A program made the position numbers and the translations under genes. Shown here in pieces: positions 27,734 to 35,762 of a DNA stretch of 64,000 bases; positions within the stretch are counted from its first letter, which is position 1, and each line of letters starts with the position of its first letter. The stretch comes from an uncultured Sangeribacter sp. (GTDB lineage Bacteria; Bacteroidota; Bacteroidia; Bacteroidales; Muribaculaceae). The stretch covers positions 3,519-67,518 of the forward strand of contig CAZCJC010000009.1 of NCBI GenBank assembly GCA_964499025.1, read 5' to 3'. Below the pieces are notes generated by a model, which did no database searches, was not told where the DNA came from, and saw nothing but the letters and a program-made list of their open reading frames with translations.

Positions 27734-30610
27734 ATGAATCGACGTTATTTTTGTACGCTCATGGCAGTAATTTTTGTTGCCATAAGTATTAACGCCAAAG
27801 TAAAACTTCCGACCGAGAAAGATTATGCCGGATATCTTTTCACTTATTTTACTGGTAATGACAATAAGAAAAACCAGGAAGCTATCCGTTTTGCGATAAG
27901 TGATGACGGTTATAATTTCAAGGCTTTGAATGGCAATCATCCTGTAATCTCCTCGGTTGACATAAGTGAGACCGGAGGAGTAAGAGATCCTCATATTTAC
28001 AGAGGTCCGGATAATTGTTTTTACATGGTTGTTACGGATATGGTTTGTGCAAACGGTTGGGATTCCAATCGAGGAATGACTTTTCTTAAATCATGTGATC
28101 TCATCAATTGGACCTCATCGGTTATAAATATTCAAAAGAAATATCCGGGACAGGAAGATTTGAAAAGGGTATGGGCACCTCAATCAATATATGATCCTAA
28201 AGCTAAAAAGATGCTTGTATATTGGTCAATGAAACATGGAGATGGCCCAGATATTATTTATTATGCGTACGCAAACAAGGATTTTACAGATATAGAGGGA
28301 ACGCCCAAACCTTTCTTTGTTCCGGCTGATGGAAAGTCGTGTATAGATGGTGATATAGTTGTTAAAGATGGTGCATATTATCTTTTCTATAAAACTGAAG
28401 GTCACGGCAATGGGATAAAAGTTGCTACAACAAAAGATCTTACATCAGGGAAATGGACGGAAGATCCGGAATATAAACAGCAGACGAAAGAGGCTGTTGA
28501 AGGGGCAGGGACATTCAAGTTGATCGGTGAGGATAAATATATCCTTATGTATGATGTTTATATCAAACATGGATATGATTTTACAGAAACGACAGATCTT
28601 AAGAATTTCAAAAATGTAGAGAAGAAGGTCTCAATGGATTTTCATCCACGTCATGGTACGGTTATCCCTATTACCGCAGATGAAATGAAACGTCTCAAAG
28701 AGAAATGGGGTGAGCCGGGAAAAGGCATCTCCGAAGCATCGGTATCAAGCCCGGATGGTAAGATATTTGTTACAGTAAAAGATAATAACGGTGTCCCGAC
28801 GTATAGTGTTAAATATAACGGGATAGAAATGATAAAGAACTCATCATTAGGCCTTCTTACGGATTATGCTGACTTTACTAAAGACCTAATTATGACTGCC
28901 CGTGAGGATTTCTCGGTTAATAAATCCTATAAGCTTGACAGGATTAAAAAATCAGAAATTAATTATGAGGCTAACCGTATGATCTGTGATTTCAAAACTA
29001 CATCAGGTGAGAAGATGAGTGTTGAGTTTATGGTTTCTGATAATGATGTGGCTTTCCGATATGTCTTGGGTAAACCAAAGAAAATTGGTTCTGTAAGAGT
29101 GATGGATGAAGTTACAGGGTTTACTTTACCAGACTATGCTACAGTATTTCTATCGCCACAAAGTGATGCTATGATTGGGTGGAAGAGAACTAAGCCCAGT
29201 TATGAAGAGGAATACATAATTGACGCTCCCCTTGAAACCAAATCTCAATATGGACATGGTTTTACATTCCCGGCACTCTTTAAGCTTGGGAATGATGGCT
29301 GGGTCTTGATCAGTGAGACAGGTGTTGACCGAAATTATTGTGGATCCCGCCTGTCGGATCAAAGTAATGGGACTTATACCATAGAGTTTCCTATGCCGGA
29401 GGAGAATAATGGTAATGGCACAGTCGAACCTGCTTTTGCGCTTCCAGGTGCCACGCCATGGCGAACCATAACGCTGGGTAATTCACTTGCTCCAATTGTG
29501 GAAACAACTGCAGCCTGGAATACAGTTGAACCTCGTTTTGATACAGAATTCTCATATGAACCTGACAAAGGAACCTGGAGTTGGATTCTCTGGCAGGATG
29601 ATTCAATAAATAAGGAAGACTTAACGAAGTTTATTGATCTTGCAGCTGCAATGGGATATAAGTATACTCTGATCGACTGTGGTTGGGATAAGTCGATCGG
29701 ATGGGATGGAATTGAGAAGTTGGTGGAATATGGTAAAACCAAAGGTGTTACTCCATTGATGTGGTATAGTTCCAGCGGTTATTGGAATGATATTGAGCAA
29801 AGTCCGATAAATATCATGGATAATCCCATAACCCGTAAAAAGGAGATGGCATGGCTGCAAAAGATTGGTATCAAAGGTATAAAGGTTGACTTTTTCGGTG
29901 GGGACAAACAGGAGACAATGCGATTGTATGAAGATATTCTTAGCGATGCGAACGATCATGGCCTGATGGTAATTTTCCATGGTTGTACACTTCCACGCGG
30001 ATGGGAAAAGCTCTATCCTAACTATGTCGGAAGTGAGGCCGTGTTAGCATCGGAGAATCTGATCTTCCAGCAGCATTTCTGTGATAAGGAAGCCGAAAAT
30101 GCCACTCTGCATCCTTTTATACGCAATTCAGTCGGATCTATGGAATATGGAGGAGTTTTCCTTAACAAGAGAATGAATAGAGGAAATAATGGCGGAAACT
30201 ATCGTCGCACTTCAGATGCATTCCAGCTTGCAATATCAGTATTGTTCCAAAGTCCAGCTCAGAATTTTGCTCTTGCACCCAATAATCTTGAAGATGCACC
30301 CAAAGATGCTCTTGACTTCTTAAAGATTGTGCCGACAAAATGGGATGATACCAAGTTTATTGACGGATATCCGGGGAAGTATGTAGTTATCGCAAGAGAG
30401 CATAAAGGAAAATGGTATTTATCCGGTGTGAATGCTACTGAGGAAACCATTGAAATTACGATCCCTTCTGATATTATTGGCCTTGGCTCGGGAATCCTTT
30501 ATAAGGATGGGGAGGGAAAAGAATTGGTAAAAGAAAATGTGGAATTGAAGAAAGGAAAAAAGTTTGTTGTCTCTATCCCTTCGCAAGGTGGTTTTGTTCT
30601 TGTGAAATAA
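27734..30610 (+). CDS. Fused GH43-like (arabinosidase-type beta-propeller) + GH97 glycoside hydrolase
   Basis: N-half: GVRDPH, WAPQS, CIDGD, EGAG, HPRHG; C-half: ASVSSPDGK, PSYEEEY, TWSWILW, GIKVDFF, FHGC, SEAVLASE. Confidence 0.88.
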   Translation: MNRRYFCTLMAVIFVAISINAKVKLPTEKDYAGYLFTYFTGNDNKKNQEAIRFAISDDGYNFKALNGNHPVISSVDISETGGVRDPHIYRGPDNCFYMVVTDMVCANGWDSNRGMTFLKSCDLINWTSSVINIQKKYPGQEDLKRVWAPQSIYDPKAKKMLVYWSMKHGDGPDIIYYAYANKDFTDIEGTPKPFFVPADGKSCIDGDIVVKDGAYYLFYKTEGHGNGIKVATTKDLTSGKWTEDPEYKQQTKEAVEGAGTFKLIGEDKYILMYDVYIKHGYDFTETTDLKNFKNVEKKVSMDFHPRHGTVIPITADEMKRLKEKWGEPGKGISEASVSSPDGKIFVTVKDNNGVPTYSVKYNGIEMIKNSSLGLLTDYADFTKDLIMTAREDFSVNKSYKLDRIKKSEINYEANRMICDFKTTSGEKMSVEFMVSDNDVAFRYVLGKPKKIGSVRVMDEVTGFTLPDYATVFLSPQSDAMIGWKRTKPSYEEEYIIDAPLETKSQYGHGFTFPALFKLGNDGWVLISETGVDRNYCGSRLSDQSNGTYTIEFPMPEENNGNGTVEPAFALPGATPWRTITLGNSLAPIVETTAAWNTVEPRFDTEFSYEPDKGTWSWILWQDDSINKEDLTKFIDLAAAMGYKYTLIDCGWDKSIGWDGIEKLVEYGKTKGVTPLMWYSSSGYWNDIEQSPINIMDNPITRKKEMAWLQKIGIKGIKVDFFGGDKQETMRLYEDILSDANDHGLMVIFHGCTLPRGWEKLYPNYVGSEAVLASENLIFQQHFCDKEAENATLHPFIRNSVGSMEYGGVFLNKRMNRGNNGGNYRRTSDAFQLAISVLFQSPAQNFALAPNNLEDAPKDALDFLKIVPTKWDDTKFIDGYPGKYVVIAREHKGKWYLSGVNATEETIEITIPSDIIGLGSGILYKDGEGKELVKENVELKKGKKFVVSIPSQGGFVLVK

Positions 30611-30623
30611 TCATATATACAAC

Positions 30624-33140
30624 ATGAAGAATAAGTTAATATATATTTTCGTTGCCGGCATGATGTCGGCAACATCCTTTTATTCTCATACCTCCTCTGC
30701 ATCTGTAGTTGAGAGCAATGATTCTGTCTATCTGTTTTCGTATTCTAAGTCAGGAGGTAAAAGTGGATTGAGACTTGCTTGGAGCGCGGAAGGAAAAGAA
30801 TGGCATTCGATCAAACCAAAGAGTATGTCAGACACAGAAGGATATGATTTCGTGAACTCAGATTTCGGCCCATGGGGAAGTTATAAGAAGATGGTCAATC
30901 CCAACCTTCGTCGCACGCAAGATGGTTGGGAGGTCCTATGGTTTGTCTCCGATAAAATGAAGACGCTGGGGTATGCACAGTCTCCCGATCTTATCCGGTG
31001 GTCTCCACAGTTATATAAGTCAGTAGAAAATATCAACGCAGGCTCAGGTGATGAAAAATATGTTGTGGCCAATATAGGTGGGAAAGAGAGAAGGGGAGAG
31101 ATAAGAAAGATTTCAGGAGATGATTTGAAAGTCTTGTTGTCTTATATGGATCATCGTGAGGATATGAACCAAAAACATGGTGAATTAATGAAGGATGATG
31201 CAGAAAGATTCCATAACTTAAAAACTTTAAAAGCCAATGTGTCTGTGGCCGGTTCACCAAAAAGTATAAGTGATAAGCTGATAGGGATATTTTTTGAAGA
31301 CATAAGTTATGCTGCAGATGGAGGTTTGTATGGTGAACTCATACAGAATCGTGATTTTGAATACAAACCTTCAGATAAGAACCGTGATAAGTGGGATGCT
31401 TCTTACTCTTGGACTTTTAAAGATGGAGCTGGTAATCCCCTTTCGATGACCTTCTCTGATGTTTCTCCTCTGCATCCAAATAATTCTACATATTTATCAA
31501 TAGAGGGTATTCCGGGGCAAACTAAACTTTCTAACGGAGGTTTTGATGGAATTTCCCTGTTAAAAGGTGATAAATATCTCTTTTCCCTGTATGGACGTGC
31601 TTCCCAAAAGAATGTTAAGGCAAAAGTGAATCTTGTGTCAAAAGATGGAGATCTGTTAGGAACAGGAACAATCAAGATATCCGGTAACAAGTGGAAAAAG
31701 TATGAGTTGACTCTCATCTCTAATCAGACTGCTTCGGGAGCGACCCTTGAGATAGAATTTCCTAAGGAATGTAAAGTAGACCTTGATTTCATATCTCTCT
31801 TTCCACAAAATACATTCAAGGGAAGGAAGAATGGTCTAAGAAATGATTTGGCAAACATTTTGGCCGATTTAAAGCCAAGATTTGTCAGATTCCCCGGAGG
31901 GTGTGTAGCGCATGGAGATGGAATAGATAATATATATGATTGGAAGGGATCTATTGGACCGTTGTATGCAAGAAAACCACTCAGGAATATTTGGAATTAT
32001 CATCAGTCAAGAGGACTTGGATATCATGAATATTTTGAGTTTTGTGAAGATTTAGGAGCAGAGCCGCTTCCTGTTCTTGCTGCTGGAGTACCATGCCAGA
32101 ACTCAGGCCGTCCATATTCCGGGTCGATAGACGAGTTGACTTCCTATGGGCAGCAATGCGGCATACCCATGCAAAAAATGGATGAATATGTGCAAGACAT
32201 ATTAGACCTTATAGAATATGCCAATGGTCCCGTTGATTCTGAATGGGGCTCAAAAAGGAAAGAAGCCGGTCATCCGGAACCATTCAATCTTAAATATATA
32301 GGGATAGGTAATGAAGATATGATTACCGAACCCTTTAAAGAGCGCTTCAAGTATATTCATGATATTTTAAAAGAAAAACATCCGGAGATCACTGTAATTG
32401 GTACTGTCGGCCCATTCTACGAAGGAACAGATTACACTGAAGGCTGGGATTTTGCGAAGAAGGAAAATGTGGCTATGGTTGATGAACACTATTATGTTGA
32501 GCCGGGGTGGTTCGTGAATCATAGAAACTTCTATGATGATTATGACCGCAATGGCCCAAAGGTTTATCTTGGGGAGTATGCATCTCACCTGAAAGATAGA
32601 AAAAATACTCTGGAGGCTGCTCTTACCATCGGTCTATATCTCACGGATGTAGAGCGTAACGGAGATGTAGTATCCATGACATCATACGCTCCTCTTCTTG
32701 CTAAGGAGGGACATGTTAATTGGCGTCCGGATTTGATCTTCTTCAATAACGACTCTATAAAGTTAACTCCTGATTATTATGTTCAGAAACTTTACGGGCA
32801 AAATTCTGGAGAACTATATTTCCCGGCTAATCTCACTATAAATGTGGAAGATCCGAATATAACTAAAAGAGTAGGCCAATCTATCGTAAAAGATGAAACG
32901 ACAGGGGATATTATAATAAAATTTGCCAATCTCCTACCGGTTTCAATTGAGGTTAACGAAGATCTTGGCGCGTTGATCTCTGGAAATTCGAAAGGAAATA
33001 TGACCTATATAGCAGGTAATCCGGCTGATGAAAGCACTAAACCGATTACCTCATCCGTTTCTATAGTAAATGGGAATGTTAATTTTGAAGCTCGTCCCTA
33101 TTCCTTCAGTGTATTAAGATTCAGCTCTGATTCTAAATGA
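30624..33140 (+). CDS. GH51 alpha-L-arabinofuranosidase with N-terminal extension
   Basis: GIFFEDISYAADGGLYGELIQNRDFE, RFPGGC, GIGNED, VDEHYY, YLGEYA, TSYAPLL. Confidence 0.92.
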   Translation: MKNKLIYIFVAGMMSATSFYSHTSSASVVESNDSVYLFSYSKSGGKSGLRLAWSAEGKEWHSIKPKSMSDTEGYDFVNSDFGPWGSYKKMVNPNLRRTQDGWEVLWFVSDKMKTLGYAQSPDLIRWSPQLYKSVENINAGSGDEKYVVANIGGKERRGEIRKISGDDLKVLLSYMDHREDMNQKHGELMKDDAERFHNLKTLKANVSVAGSPKSISDKLIGIFFEDISYAADGGLYGELIQNRDFEYKPSDKNRDKWDASYSWTFKDGAGNPLSMTFSDVSPLHPNNSTYLSIEGIPGQTKLSNGGFDGISLLKGDKYLFSLYGRASQKNVKAKVNLVSKDGDLLGTGTIKISGNKWKKYELTLISNQTASGATLEIEFPKECKVDLDFISLFPQNTFKGRKNGLRNDLANILADLKPRFVRFPGGCVAHGDGIDNIYDWKGSIGPLYARKPLRNIWNYHQSRGLGYHEYFEFCEDLGAEPLPVLAAGVPCQNSGRPYSGSIDELTSYGQQCGIPMQKMDEYVQDILDLIEYANGPVDSEWGSKRKEAGHPEPFNLKYIGIGNEDMITEPFKERFKYIHDILKEKHPEITVIGTVGPFYEGTDYTEGWDFAKKENVAMVDEHYYVEPGWFVNHRNFYDDYDRNGPKVYLGEYASHLKDRKNTLEAALTIGLYLTDVERNGDVVSMTSYAPLLAKEGHVNWRPDLIFFNNDSIKLTPDYYVQKLYGQNSGELYFPANLTINVEDPNITKRVGQSIVKDETTGDIIIKFANLLPVSIEVNEDLGALISGNSKGNMTYIAGNPADESTKPITSSVSIVNGNVNFEARPYSFSVLRFSSDSK

Positions 33141-33547
33141 AATATGAGATTGTTGAGTTACCGCGTCATCTTGACGTAAGAGGTAATCTTTCAGTTGTTG
33201 AAAGCGGTATAAATTTGCCATTTGATATAAAACGGGTATATTATATTTATGATGTCCCGGGAGGTGAAAGCCGAGGTAGCCATGCTCATAGGGCTACCCA
33301 GGAGATGATTATTGCTGTAGGGGGCAGTTTTAGCGTCAATCTTGAATACGATGGTAAAACTGAAAGCATATTGCTCAATAAACCCTACATCGGCCTTTTG
33401 ATCCATCCGGGAGTATGGCGGACACTCGTTGATTTTTCTTCCGGTGCAGTAGCGCTGGTTTTGGCCTCAGATTTCTTTGATGAAGGAGATTATATCAGGG
33501 ATTACCAGGAGTTCAAAAGCTTGCAGAATGATCCCAATACAAAATAA
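33137..33547 (+). CDS. fdtA: dTDP-6-deoxy-3,4-keto-hexulose isomerase (FdtA/QdtA cupin)
   Basis: DVRGNLSVVE, IKRVYYIYDVP, RGSHAH, YIRDY; ATGA overlap with GH51 stop. Confidence 0.85.
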   Translation: MKYEIVELPRHLDVRGNLSVVESGINLPFDIKRVYYIYDVPGGESRGSHAHRATQEMIIAVGGSFSVNLEYDGKTESILLNKPYIGLLIHPGVWRTLVDFSSGAVALVLASDFFDEGDYIRDYQEFKSLQNDPNTK

Positions 33548-33556
33548 CAATAGCCT

Positions 33557-34672
33557 ATGATAAAATTCCTTGATTTAAAAGCGGTTAACGACTCTTATGG
33601 AAAAGATGTCAATGCCGCTGTAAACAGGGTTATCTCTTCCGGCTGGTATCTGCTTGGGGATGAACTCAAAAATTTTGAAAAGGAATATTCCGACTATATT
33701 GGCGTGCCCTATACAATAGGGTGCGCCAATGGTTTGGATGCTCTTACTCTTATTTTAAAGGGTTATATTGAGCTGGGGGTATTTAATCCGGGAGATGAAA
33801 TAATTGTTCCCTCCAACACCTATATTGCTTCCATATTGGCCATATCTGAAAATGGATTGGTTCCTGTATTGGTTGAACCTGATATTGATACGCTCCAGAT
33901 AGCTCCCGAGAAAATTGAAGAGAGGATAACTTCGAGGACAAAAGGTATCATGCTTGTGCACCTTTATGGAAAATGTGCGTATACTCTAATGATAAAGGAT
34001 ATATGTGAAAAGTATAATCTAAAGTTGATAGAGGATAATGCACAGGCCCATGGTTGCGAGTATAAAGGTAGAAAGACAGGTTCTTTGGGAGACGCAGCAG
34101 GACATAGCTTTTATCCAGGAAAAAATTTAGGATGTCTTGGAGACGGAGGTGCAATAACTACCTCCGACCGGCTTCTTGCAGAAACAGTAAGGAGTCTTGC
34201 CAATTATGGTTCCCCTAAAAAATATATATTTGATTATAAAGGCAGAAATTCTAGATTGGATGAAATACAGGCAGCAGTATTAAGGACCAAACTTTCACGT
34301 TTGGAGGGAGATAATGAAAAGCGTAGATACGTTGCAAAGAGATATTCTGAAGAAATCATAACCCCTCATATAATTATCCCCCAGGGATTAAAAAAACCGG
34401 ATAAAGATAATGTTTATCATATCTTCCCTATATTATGTAGTGAGCGAGATCGTCTTCAGAAATATCTTCATGATTCAGGAATACAGACCCTGATTCATTA
34501 TCCAATTCCTCCTCATTTACAAAAATGTTATAAGTCAGGAGAATTGAATCTTCCCGACTCCCTAACTGTTACTGAACTCATTCATAACAGAGAACTTTCT
34601 TTACCGATTTCACCGGTAATGGATGAGAGAGAAGTAGATTACATAATTAAAAAATTGAATTCGTTTAAGTAG
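33557..34672 (+). CDS. fdtB: DegT/DnrJ/EryC1/StrS sugar aminotransferase (FdtB/QdtB-like)
   Basis: [49 protein letters not shown]. Confidence 0.85.
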   Translation: MIKFLDLKAVNDSYGKDVNAAVNRVISSGWYLLGDELKNFEKEYSDYIGVPYTIGCANGLDALTLILKGYIELGVFNPGDEIIVPSNTYIASILAISENGLVPVLVEPDIDTLQIAPEKIEERITSRTKGIMLVHLYGKCAYTLMIKDICEKYNLKLIEDNAQAHGCEYKGRKTGSLGDAAGHSFYPGKNLGCLGDGGAITTSDRLLAETVRSLANYGSPKKYIFDYKGRNSRLDEIQAAVLRTKLSRLEGDNEKRRYVAKRYSEEIITPHIIIPQGLKKPDKDNVYHIFPILCSERDRLQKYLHDSGIQTLIHYPIPPHLQKCYKSGELNLPDSLTVTELIHNRELSLPISPVMDEREVDYIIKKLNSFK

Positions 34673-34851
34673 TTGGTAAAAATTAATGAACAAATAAAAC
34701 GAAGTTATTTTTGAGCAGATTTTACTGCGGAAAGAGGGAGCAGACTTTCGTATGCTACTGAATGGCAATACAAAAGGTGCCGAAAAAGAACCAGTTTTAT
34801 TGTCCAAGATTATCAACTACAATATATCAATTAATTTAAAAAAACTACTTA
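34666..34851 (+). repeat. Dispersed structured element copy E (186 bp, TA-flanked, TIRs)
   Basis: taagtagttggtaaaaattaat ... attaatttaaaaaaactactta; core gagggagcagac-tttc-gtatgctactga. Confidence 0.85.
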
Positions 34852-34864
34852 AATAATAATAGAT

Positions 34865-35038
34865 ATGTTACCCAAAGATCCATTTATGCTTTACAGTGCT
34901 GTTAATATGAAACTCCGAGATTCTTATGATAATCTTGGTGAATTATGTGCTGCCGAAGGGATATCCAGAGATGAATTAGAGTCCAAATTAAAGTCCGTCG
35001 GATTTGAGTATGATCCCCAAATAAATCAGTTCAGATAA
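34865..35038 (+). CDS. DUF4250-family small protein (57 aa)
   Basis: Read manually: MLPKDPFMLYSAVNMKLRDSYDNLGELCAAEGISRDELESKLKSVGFEYDPQINQFR. Confidence 0.85.
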   Translation: MLPKDPFMLYSAVNMKLRDSYDNLGELCAAEGISRDELESKLKSVGFEYDPQINQFR

Positions 35039-35045
35039 AATAATT

Positions 35046-35516
35046 ATGGGTATAGAGATTGAAAGAAAATATCTTGTAAAAGATTCCTCTTTCAAAGGGA
35101 TGGCTGTATCAAAACATAACATGATACAGGGCTATTTGAGTAGGGATCCTGAACGGACAGTAAGAATAAGGTTAAAGGATAATACCGCATTTATCACTGT
35201 CAAAGGAATAACAAAAGGGGAAAGCCGTTTGGAATTTGAATATGAGATTCCTTACGAAGATGCTTTGGAATTAATTAAGTTGTGCGAATCTCCGGTGATT
35301 GATAAGACACGATATAATGTGCCTTATGGTAATTTTATATGGGAAGTTGATGAGTTCCATGGTCAACTTGAAGGGCTGACTTTAGCAGAGATAGAACTTC
35401 CTTCCACTGATACGGAATTTTTAATTCCTTCGTTTATCGGTAAGGATGTTACAGGCGATCCAACATATTATAATTCAAATTTGCATGCTCTTTCTATTTC
35501 TAATCTTCATGAGTAA
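35046..35516 (+). CDS. CYTH domain protein (triphosphate tunnel metalloenzyme)
   Basis: EIERKYL, QGYL, RIR, EFEYEIP, WEVDEF, AEIEL. Confidence 0.9.
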   Translation: MGIEIERKYLVKDSSFKGMAVSKHNMIQGYLSRDPERTVRIRLKDNTAFITVKGITKGESRLEFEYEIPYEDALELIKLCESPVIDKTRYNVPYGNFIWEVDEFHGQLEGLTLAEIELPSTDTEFLIPSFIGKDVTGDPTYYNSNLHALSISNLHE

Positions 35517-35520
35517 AGTA

Positions 35521-35706
35521 TAAGTAGTTGTTAAAAATTAATTGATATATTGTAGTTGATAATCTTGGACAATAAAAACTGGCTCTTTTTGGTATCTTTT
35601 ACCTTGTCATTCAGTCACATCCGAAAGGTAGCTCCCTCTTTTCGGAGCAAAATCCACTCAAAAATAACTTCGTTTTGTACGTTCATTAATTTTTGCCAAC
35701 TACTTA
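35521..35706 (-). repeat. Dispersed structured element copy F (186 bp), inverted relative to E
   Basis: Reverse complement begins taagtagttggcaaaaattaatgaac; 43 bp identical to E. Confidence 0.85.
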
Positions 35707-35762
35707 AAAAGTTGAGAATAGTATAACCTTTCGCCCTAATATAAATATCCAGGTTAAAGAGA

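Noticed and set aside
34610-34816. Short ORFs overlapping the elements (34610-34816, 35615-35815, 43282-43467)
   Set aside because: Not conserved in frame between element copies; likely spurious.
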